Below are positions 18,746 to 29,736 of a stretch of DNA of 41,656 bases, piece after piece. Position 1 is the stretch's first letter. Every line of letters begins with the position of its first letter. Under the pieces are notes generated by a model that was not told the DNA's origin, did not search any database, and was given only the letters and a program-made list of their open reading frames with translations. The stretch is from Chthoniobacteraceae bacterium. GTDB lineage: Bacteria > Verrucomicrobiota > Verrucomicrobiia > Chthoniobacterales > Chthoniobacteraceae. The stretch is taken from NCBI GenBank assembly GCA_040081625.1, contig JBEBGD010000042.1, positions 1 to 41,656 of the forward strand, read 5' to 3'. The translations under genes and the position numbers were made by a program.

Positions 18746-19255
18746 ATGACCACCGACGAACCACCGCCCGTCCCGCGCCGCGAACGCGCCGCCGCCGCGC
18801 TGCTCCTCGTCGCGTATTCGCCGCTGTGGATCTCGTTGTTCGTCGATGGCAACACGCCGGGGGCCCTCTTCCGCGACATCGGCACCCGCATCCCTGGCAT
18901 CGTGCTTCAACTCCTCCGCGACCCGAGCGGCATCGGCGGCGTGCATCGGACCAACTTCATTGGAGGCCTCATGCTCGGCTTGATCACCGCGAGCATCGTC
19001 CTGGCCGGGCAGGGGATCATCCGCGCCACGGGCCGGCAGGGCTTTCTGCGCGGACGCAGCTTCTGGTGGTGGGTCGCCGGCCACGGCGCCGGCGGCACGT
19101 TCTTTTATGCAGCGTTGGTCAACGCCATCGAGCGCTTCATCAAAGGCTTCTCCATGGAACTGACCGACTACCTCTTCCTCGCCGGCCACATCCTCCCGCT
19201 CTGCATCGCCATCGCTGTGCTCCGCGGCAGCGGTGGAAAAGCGCGCGTCGTCTGA
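18746..19255 (+). CDS. Hypothetical 4-TM membrane protein (paralog 1)
   Basis: Four hydrophobic segments; clear similarity to the 19334-19864 product. Confidence 0.7.
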   Translation: MTTDEPPPVPRRERAAAALLLVAYSPLWISLFVDGNTPGALFRDIGTRIPGIVLQLLRDPSGIGGVHRTNFIGGLMLGLITASIVLAGQGIIRATGRQGFLRGRSFWWWVAGHGAGGTFFYAALVNAIERFIKGFSMELTDYLFLAGHILPLCIAIAVLRGSGGKARVV

Positions 19256-19333
19256 GCGCGGCGCGCACCCGCGAATTTTCTTCTCGCCAAGCCCGCGCGC
19301 CTTGCGGTATTCGCGCGTGCAGGCCCAGAAAAA

Positions 19334-19864
19334 ATGCACCCGCCCGACGCTCCGCCCGAACACGCCGCCCGCCCGGCGGTGCCGCGCTTTGAACGCATCG
19401 CGGCGGGGCTGTTGGTGCCCGCGTATGCGTTGGTTTGGGTGCCGATGCTCAGCTCGTTCCGCTCGGTGCGGCAGGAATTTTTCGACACCGTCGTGATGGG
19501 AGGCACAATCGCAAAGGAACTTCTCCGCCATCCCAGCCTGTTTGACGGCCCTCGATGGTTCGCCATCGCCTTCTGCATGATGTATGGCTTGATCGCTGCG
19601 ACCATCGTCCTCGCTGGGCTGGGGATCTTCCGCCTCGCGGGCTGGCAGGGATTCCTGCGCGGACGGAGCTTCTGGCGGTGGGTAGTCGGGCACGGAGCGG
19701 TGGGAATCATGTCCTTCGGAGGGAATTCCGTGGCTTTCTGGAGACTTTACAGCGGAGGTGTCGGCGTCATCTACGAGGAGTTTTTGTTCTCCGCTTTCTT
19801 GATCCCGCTCTGCATCGGCTGCGCCATGCTCTACATCACCCGGAGGCAACCATGCAATCTCTGA
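19334..19864 (+). CDS. Hypothetical 4-TM membrane protein (paralog 2)
   Basis: Shares GLI.A.IVLAG.GI.R..G.QGFLRGRSFW.WV.GHGA.G and IPLCI/LPLCI with the 18746-19255 product. Confidence 0.7.
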   Translation: MHPPDAPPEHAARPAVPRFERIAAGLLVPAYALVWVPMLSSFRSVRQEFFDTVVMGGTIAKELLRHPSLFDGPRWFAIAFCMMYGLIAATIVLAGLGIFRLAGWQGFLRGRSFWRWVVGHGAVGIMSFGGNSVAFWRLYSGGVGVIYEEFLFSAFLIPLCIGCAMLYITRRQPCNL

Positions 19865-19896
19865 CTGCATATCGGCATCACCTTTCTCCGCCTCTG

Positions 19897-20089
19897 CTTC
19901 CATCGCAGACCCACAAAAAGCCGCTGCATCACAGAGAAAAGCGGCTGCACCTGCCCACCCAGCCGAAGCAGGCCAACAGAGAGCGGTTTCGTTTGAACAT
20001 CCAGCCGGTTCAGCGGTCGAAAAAGCCATCGCACTCATACCCGGAGCCGATGCAGACCTGCGCAAAGCCGAACCAGCACCACACAAAGC
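19897..20089. repeat. Degenerate 21-bp-period tandem array (about 9 units)
   Basis: AGC at 19919, 19940, 19961, 19982, 20003, 20024, 20045, 20066 and 20087, exactly 21 apart; CA 8 nt after AGC in most units. Confidence 0.8.
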
Positions 20090-20178
20090 TTCTTAATCTT
20101 AATCCTAATCTTAATCTTAATCCCCTCCCGTGCGACCGGACGCGGATTAAGATTAGGATTAAGATTAAGATTAAGAAG
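20089..20178. repeat. Inverted repeat built of (CTTAAT)n / (ATTAAG)n hexamers; 35-bp arms, 20-nt loop
   Basis: Left arm 20089-20123 and right arm 20144-20178 are complementary at 33 of 35 positions. Confidence 0.92.
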
Positions 20179-20236
20179 ACGCCCGCCTTCCGCGCCGCCG
20201 CCATGAGCCCTCCAGCCATTTCACCCCGCTCCGCCC

Positions 20237-21331
20237 ATGCCTAGCGGCCCCCGACAGGGAGTCTGGGACTCCGGCGATACGTGGGATGACCCGGAAGTGT
20301 TCTTCGATGGCCCGCCCGAGCAGCCTTCTCCGCTTTTAATCCCGAACCAAAACCTAAACCTCAACTCACACACCAATATGGAATACTACGAAGTCACACT
20401 CGAGCGGGCTCAGGCCACGCTCCCGGTCTGGCAGACCTTTGTCCCGACGCTCAAGGTCGGCACCTCGGGGGTCGATGCCCTCGAATCGCTCATCGACGGC
20501 TTCGAGCCGCTCGTGCAGGCACGCGTCGAGGCGCAGGATGTCTATGATGCGGCGTTCCGCGCCGTGCAGTCGGCGCTGCTGAAGATGAAACTGCTCGGCA
20601 CCAAGGTGCCCGTGCTCATGGAGGGCCACCTCGAGGAGGATGAGGCGCTGATGAAGGATGTGGACGATCTTTTCCGCGTGAATCCGCGCACCGAGGAGAC
20701 CATCCTCAAGCGCGCGCGGATGCTCATCCCCGTGTGGACGCGGGCGAATACGGCCATGGCGGCGCTCACGCCCGCGCAACCGGCGATCGTGCGCGCCATC
20801 CAGGGCGTCGCGCATACCGTGGCGATGCTCACTTCGCTGCTCAATAGCTACACGGAGCTGATCAAGACGATGAAGGAAAAGCAGCGGCTGCTCGACGACA
20901 CGCGCGAGGCGCTCCGCGCGCACGACCGGACGTGCGACCGGCTCAACAAGCGCTGGTATGCCATCGTGAAGGGCGGGGAGATGAGCGAGGAGCTGGCGAA
21001 TGCCTTGGAGGGCATCCCGACCGAGCCGGGCACGCCGTTGCCGGATGCGGTGGAGATCGATCACGTGACGCAAGGGGGGATCGATGGGCGCCAGGCGCTG
21101 AGCACGTATGTGCCGGGGGGCGGCGGGCACGCGACGCTGATGGTCCTGCAATGGACCGAGCCGGGCGATGCCGAGCCCTTCATGCACGAGACGCCGCTGC
21201 TGGCCGCGGGCAATGCGATCGGGCCGTTCGAGGTCGGCGCGGAGATCGCGCTGCGCACCAAAGTGAGCAACAGCGCCGGCACGCGGACCAGTGCGCCGCG
21301 GACGATCACGATCCAGGAACCGATCACGTAG
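20237..21331 (+). CDS. Hypothetical protein: helical/coiled-coil body with C-terminal FN3/Ig-like domain
   Basis: Long ORF with normal codon use. Heptad-like YTELIKTMKEKQRLLDDTREAL; beta-rich tail ending IALRTKVSNSAGTRTSAPRTITI. Alternative start ATG 20378. Confidence 0.75.
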   Translation: MPSGPRQGVWDSGDTWDDPEVFFDGPPEQPSPLLIPNQNLNLNSHTNMEYYEVTLERAQATLPVWQTFVPTLKVGTSGVDALESLIDGFEPLVQARVEAQDVYDAAFRAVQSALLKMKLLGTKVPVLMEGHLEEDEALMKDVDDLFRVNPRTEETILKRARMLIPVWTRANTAMAALTPAQPAIVRAIQGVAHTVAMLTSLLNSYTELIKTMKEKQRLLDDTREALRAHDRTCDRLNKRWYAIVKGGEMSEELANALEGIPTEPGTPLPDAVEIDHVTQGGIDGRQALSTYVPGGGGHATLMVLQWTEPGDAEPFMHETPLLAAGNAIGPFEVGAEIALRTKVSNSAGTRTSAPRTITIQEPIT

Positions 21332-21451
21332 GGGCGAAAAAAAATCGCGACTTTTTCTTGCCAGCGCGCGCGGATATCCGCAAAAAGCGCGCGCCTTCGG
21401 TCCGTGCGCACGCGAGAAAAGCTGCGCGCGGAGCCGGGGCGGAAGCGGAGC

Positions 21452-21469
21452 TTGTGAAATATTTCACAA
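21452..21469. promoter_or_regulatory. Perfect 18-bp palindromic operator TTGTGAAATATTTCACAA (Rex consensus; also fits the CRP core)
   Basis: Matches TTGTGAA-N4-TTCACAA; about 100 bp upstream of actA in an AT-rich promoter region. Confidence 0.8.
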
Positions 21470-21568
21470 ACTTTGCTTGCGTTGACCCTCACAAAATTTT
21501 AGACATCGAATCCTTAGATGCCCGCCTTTTCGCGCAAGCTCCATTTCTTCACCCGTCAGCCCTGATCG

Positions 21569-22239
21569 ATGGCGAATATCTTCCCGCGTAGTTCCAACTG
21601 GCTGCCACTCAAGATCGTCTTGATGGCGCTCGTGCTGGGCACGGGGGTGAGCGCGGGGATGTGGTATTATTTCACGCCGAAATATACGCGGGTGGGCTAT
21701 CAACCGGTGCAGCCGGTGCAGTTTTCGCACAAGATCCACGCGGGACAGCTCGGGATGGATTGCCGGTATTGCCATAGCTTCGTGGAAGTGGCCGCGCACT
21801 CGAACATCCCGACCACGCAGGTCTGCATGAACTGCCACGCGCAGGTGCAGCCGCAGAATCCCAAGCTCGCCCCGGTGCGCGAGAGCTGGCAGACGGGCAA
21901 GCCGATCGCCTGGACGCAGGTCCACAAGTCGCCGGACTACGTGTATTTCAACCACGCGGCGCATGTGAACCGCGGCGTGTCGTGCGTGAGCTGCCACGGG
22001 GACGTGAGCGAGATGGAAGTGGTCCATCACGAGAAGAGTCACTCGATGGATTTCTGCCTCACGTGCCATCGCAACCCGGAGAACGAGCTGCGGCCGCTCG
22101 CGGAGGTCACCAACCTCAAATGGCAGGCGACGCCGAACGAGGGCGAGTCGGTGAGCGAGGCGCAGGTGCGGATCGGCACGGAATTGAAGAAGGCTTGGAA
22201 TATTAACCCGCCGGACAAAAACTGCGCGGGCTGCCACCG

Positions 22240-22243
<4 letters not shown>
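21569..22243 (+). CDS. actA: Alternative complex III pentaheme cytochrome c
   Basis: N-terminal TM; five CxxCH (CRYCH, CMNCH, CVSCH, CLTCH, CAGCH); QPVQFSHKIHAG, YFNHAAH. Confidence 0.9.
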
Positions 22244-25448
<3,205 letters not shown>

Positions 25449-25449
<1 letters not shown>

Positions 25450-26849
25450 TGGCTGACGGAGCCGTTTCTCTCGAGTGCCCGAAGGAACTCCAGCGCGTCC
25501 CGCTCGTCGGGAACGAACGCAAGTTCCCGTGGATCACGCAGACGGTTTCGGAGATCGTCGAAGGCCGCACGCCGATTTGGTGGTGGGTGTTTTTTCTGCC
25601 GCTGGCGGCGCTCGCGCTCGTTGGCTTGCTCTGCATCGGCTATCAAATCTCGAATGGCGTCGGAGTGTGGGGCGAAAATCATCCGAATGGATGGGCGTGG
25701 GACATCACGAACTTCGTGTTCTGGATCGGCATCGGTCACGCCGGAACGCTGATCTCCGCGATCCTTTTCCTCACCCGGCAGAAGTGGCGCACATCCATCA
25801 ATCGCGCGTCCGAAGCCATGACGCTGTTTGCCGTCATGTGCGCCGCGATCTTCCCCGGCATTCACGTGGGCCGGGTGTGGATGGCGTGGTTCCTCGCGCC
25901 GATCCCGAACGCGAACGCGATCTGGCCGAACTTCCGCTCGCCGCTGCTGTGGGACGTGTTCGCGGTCTCGACCTATTTCACGGTCTCGGTGCTGTTCTGG
26001 TATACCGGGCTGGTGCCGGATCTCGCGACCCTGCGCGATCGGGCGAAATCGCGCGTGACGCAGTTCATCTACGGCATCCTCGCCCTCGGATGGCGCGGCT
26101 CGAACCGCCACTGGCGTCACTACGAGATGGCCTACCTGATCCTCGCCGGCCTTTCGACTCCGCTGGTATTGTCGGTGCATTCGATCGTGTCCTTCGACTT
26201 CGCCACGTCAATCGTGCCGGGCTGGCATACGACGATTTTCCCGCCCTACTTCGTTGCGGGTGCGATCTTCGGCGGCTTTGCGATGGTGCTCACGATTCTC
26301 CTGCCGGCGCGCATCGTTTATCCGAAGCTCGACGACCTGATCACCCGCAACCACGTGGACAAGATGGCGAAGATCATCTTGCTTACGGGTTCGATCGTCG
26401 GCTACGCGTATTTGATGGAGCTGTTCATCGCGTGGTATGGGGTGAATCCGTATGAGCGCGCGGCGTTCTGGAATCGCGCCTTCGGTTGGTATGGATGGAC
26501 CTATTTCGCGATGATGTTCTGCAACGTCATCTCGCCGCAGATTTTTTGGTCGAAGCGGATGCGGAACAATTACGTCGTTGTGTTCATCGTCTGCCAGTTC
26601 GTCAATTGTGGCATGTGGTTCGAGCGATTCGTGATCATCGTCACGTCGCTGGCGCAGGACTTCCTGCCAAGTTCGTGGGGTCACTATTCACCGAGCTGGG
26701 TCGAAATTTGGACCTTCGCCGGGACGTTCGGCATCTTTCTTTCGCTCTTCCTGCTCTTCATGCGATTCCTGCCGATGATCGCCATGTCGGAGGTCAAGAT
26801 CGTCGTGCCGGAAGCCGATCCGCACCATAAACCCGGAGCCGCCCACTAA
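25449..26849 (+). CDS. actC: Alternative complex III quinol-binding NrfD-family subunit
   Basis: [73 protein letters not shown]. Confidence 0.93.
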
Positions 26850-26850
26850 C

Positions 26851-27396
26851 ATGGCCGAATACCGAAAAGTTTATGGTCTCGGAGCGGAGTTTGAGAGCAC
26901 TGCGGACCTGCTGCACGCAGCGGAGAAGGTGCGCGATTCGGGCTTCAAGCGATGGGACGTTCACACGCCATTCCCGGTGCACGGTATGGATGCGGCGATG
27001 GGTCTAGGCAAGTCGTGGCTGAGTGCGCCGGTGCTGATCGGCGGCACGACCGGTCTTATCACAGCGCTGTGCCTGACGATGATTCCGTCGTTCGGCCTCT
27101 ACCCGGTCATTGTCCACGGCAAGCCATTCGACTTCTTCACGAGCCCGGCTTTCATGCCGATATTCTTCGAGTTGACGGTGCTCTTCTCGGCGTTCACGGC
27201 GGTCTTTTCGATCATGGTCTTCAATCGACTGCCGATGTGGTATCACCCGGTGTTCAATTGGGAGCGATTCAAGCGCGTGACCGACGACGGCTTCTTCCTT
27301 GTGATCGAGGCACGCGATCCGAAATTCAACGAAGCGAAAACTCGCGAGATGCTCGAGTCGTTCGGCGGCAAGCACGTCACCCTCATCCACGATTAG
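26851..27396 (+). CDS. actD: Alternative complex III DUF3341 subunit
   Basis: TPFPVHGMDAAMG, two TM, VHGKP, FELTVLF, TDDGFFLVIEARDP. Confidence 0.88.
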   Translation: MAEYRKVYGLGAEFESTADLLHAAEKVRDSGFKRWDVHTPFPVHGMDAAMGLGKSWLSAPVLIGGTTGLITALCLTMIPSFGLYPVIVHGKPFDFFTSPAFMPIFFELTVLFSAFTAVFSIMVFNRLPMWYHPVFNWERFKRVTDDGFFLVIEARDPKFNEAKTREMLESFGGKHVTLIHD

Positions 27397-27399
27397 GCG

Positions 27400-28089
27400 A
27401 TGTTGCGCACTTTTTTCGCTCTATTCATCCTCGGGGTCTGCACGGTGCTCGCGCTGGCGGGGTTTCGCGGCACGAAATCGAAGCTGCCGCCGATCGAGAT
27501 CTTTCGGGATATGGATCACCAACCGAAGTTCCAGCCGCAACATGCAACGACGTTCTTTTCGGACGGCCGCGCGGCGCGCAAGCCAGTCGAGGGCACGGTG
27601 CCGATCGGCTACAATCTTCCGGGTCGTTTTCTCCAGGTCGGCGCGAGGAACGCAACGCTCGACACCAGCGGGTTCTCGAATCTGAACGATTACCTCCACA
27701 CCGGACGAATCGGCGAAATGTATGGCGACGGCATTCCGGTGGACGTGACGCCGACGCTGCTCGACCGCGGGCATGAGCGGTTCGACATCAACTGCTCGGT
27801 CTGCCACGGATTGACCGGCGACGGGAAGGGTGTCGTTCAGCAGATCGCTGCGTGGGCGACGGTTGCGAACCTGCAGGACGACCGGATCCGCCAGCAGCCA
27901 GATGGACAGCTCTACAACACGATCACTCACGGCAAAAATACGATGGGCGCCTACGGGCCTAACATCGCTGTCGAAGATCGCTGGGCGATCGTCGCCTATA
28001 TTCGCGCCCTGCAAAAGAGCCAGCGCACCGCGCTCGCCGACCTGCCGGTGGACAAGCAGAAGGAACTTCAGCAGCCAGCCAAGAAATGA
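27400..28089 (+). CDS. actE: Alternative complex III monoheme cytochrome c
   Basis: DMDHQPK, R.PVEGTVP, CSVCH, MGAY, DRWAIVAYIRALQ. Confidence 0.88.
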   Translation: MLRTFFALFILGVCTVLALAGFRGTKSKLPPIEIFRDMDHQPKFQPQHATTFFSDGRAARKPVEGTVPIGYNLPGRFLQVGARNATLDTSGFSNLNDYLHTGRIGEMYGDGIPVDVTPTLLDRGHERFDINCSVCHGLTGDGKGVVQQIAAWATVANLQDDRIRQQPDGQLYNTITHGKNTMGAYGPNIAVEDRWAIVAYIRALQKSQRTALADLPVDKQKELQQPAKK

Positions 28090-29288
28090 GCGAACCCGCG
28101 CACGTCCCAGAAGCTGAAAAGTTTGACGCCGCGAAGCTCGGCGGCCTTCCGAACAATCTGCTCATTGCGGGTGTCGTCGGGCTCGCGCTCACTGCGCTCG
28201 GGGCGTTTGTGATTGGCAAGGAGCAGTTCGCTTACACCTACCTGTTCGCGTTTGCGTTCTTCTTCACGGTGATTCTTGGTGCAGCGTTCTGGAATTGCCT
28301 GCACCATGCGACCGACTCGGAATGGTCGGTGGTGATCCGTCGCCAGATCGAAAACGTGGCGAGCCTCTTCCCGTATCTGTTCATCTTGTTTCTGCCGCTG
28401 CTCGGGTGTGCCGGAATCCTATGGAAGTGGTGGAATATCCCCCCAGGGGTCGATTCGCTGCTCGATGCGAAGCAGCCGTATCTTAGTCAGTGGTTCTTCC
28501 TGCTGCGCGTCGCGCTTTACTTTGGCGTCGTGAGTCTCGTGGTCATGGCGCTGCGCGGAAACTCGACGAAGCAGGACGCCGATGGTCAGTCCGCGCGCAG
28601 CTTCGCGATGCGCAAGCTCGGGATCGGTGGCATCCCGGCGGTCGCCCTCACCATCACCTTCGCCGGGTTCGACTGGCTGATGGGGCTCGACTATCACTGG
28701 TTCTCGACCATGTGGGGCGTGTATCTGTTCGCCGGCGCGGCGGGCAGTTCGATGTCGCTGATCGTGATCATCGTGACGGCGCTGAAGGACCGCGGCTATC
28801 TCAAGGTCGTCAACGACGAGCACTATCACATCATGGGCAAGTTCATGCTCGCCTTCACGATCTTCTGGGCCTACATCGGCTTCAGCCAATACATGCTCAT
28901 CTGGTATGCGAACATCCCGGAAGAGACCGTGTATTATATCATCCGCAACCAGGGTAACTGGGTGATCCTGAGCACGCTTCTGGTGGTCGGCCGCTTCTTT
29001 CTGCCGTTCCCGATCCTGCTCACGCAGTGGGTCAAGAAGCATCCGCATCGCCTGCGCTACGTCGCGATCTGGATCATCGTGATGCAAGTGCTCGACATTT
29101 TCGTGATAGTTATCCCGACCTTTAGGAAGACTGGATTCGGATTTGTCGATGTGGCGTATTCGATCTGCCCGCTCGTGGGAATCGGCGGCATCCTCGGATG
29201 GCTGTTTTTCAAGCGGCGGCTGACTCAAGGCTACCTCTTCCCGACGAAGGATCCGCGCCTCGGTGCGTCAATCAAACTGCACAACTGA
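28086..29288 (+). CDS. actF: Alternative complex III membrane subunit
   Basis: About 10 TM; WSVVIRR, DWLMGL..HWFSTMWG, FWAYIGFSQYMLIWYANIPEET. Confidence 0.88.
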   Translation: MSEPAHVPEAEKFDAAKLGGLPNNLLIAGVVGLALTALGAFVIGKEQFAYTYLFAFAFFFTVILGAAFWNCLHHATDSEWSVVIRRQIENVASLFPYLFILFLPLLGCAGILWKWWNIPPGVDSLLDAKQPYLSQWFFLLRVALYFGVVSLVVMALRGNSTKQDADGQSARSFAMRKLGIGGIPAVALTITFAGFDWLMGLDYHWFSTMWGVYLFAGAAGSSMSLIVIIVTALKDRGYLKVVNDEHYHIMGKFMLAFTIFWAYIGFSQYMLIWYANIPEETVYYIIRNQGNWVILSTLLVVGRFFLPFPILLTQWVKKHPHRLRYVAIWIIVMQVLDIFVIVIPTFRKTGFGFVDVAYSICPLVGIGGILGWLFFKRRLTQGYLFPTKDPRLGASIKLHN

Positions 29289-29289
29289 C

Positions 29290-29736
29290 ATGACGACCGA
29301 AAGCATCCGTCAACAACCGAGTGGCTTCCGCACGTTCTTCTGGGCGCTGTTTTACTTTTTCGTGTTTGCGCTGGTGGTCGTGATTTGGGTCCGCGGCGCG
29401 GGGCCCAAGGGTGGGTATGAGGACAAGCGCGCGGCGGAGCGCACCAAGATCCGCGAGCAGGCCAGCAACGACGCGAAGGCGAAGCTGACCTCGACCACTC
29501 TTGTTGATAAGGAGAAGGGCATCGTTCACGTGCCGATCGCGGATGCGAAGAAGTCGGTCCTGGCAGAGCTGAAGGCGAAGAAAGTCGGCGCTTCGGCTGT
29601 GAAAGTGGATGCGTGGCTGCCGATGCCGCCGCCCGCCGATCCGAACGCGACTGAACCCCCGCCACCCGCTCTTTCCTCGGCTCCGCAGGGAGCTGATACC
29701 GTCCGTTTTGAAACCGCACAACCCGCCACGAAGTAA
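29290..29736 (+). CDS. ActG-like single-TM subunit
   Basis: One TM followed by VDKEKGIVHVPIADAK, resembling the ActG VD..GVV.IPI..AM motif; located after actF. Confidence 0.6.
   Translation: MTTESIRQQPSGFRTFFWALFYFFVFALVVVIWVRGAGPKGGYEDKRAAERTKIREQASNDAKAKLTSTTLVDKEKGIVHVPIADAKKSVLAELKAKKVGASAVKVDAWLPMPPPADPNATEPPPPALSSAPQGADTVRFETAQPATK

Noticed and set aside
19897..20178. CRISPR or TIGR array interpretation
   Set aside because: No identical 23-47-nt repeats with spacers, the unit is 21 nt rather than about 36 nt, and no cas or Nop-domain gene is recognisable in the window.
20089..20178. Telomere-like repeat or rho-independent terminator
   Set aside because: The hexamer is ATTAAG, not TTAGGG, the site is internal, the stem is AT-rich and there is no U tract.
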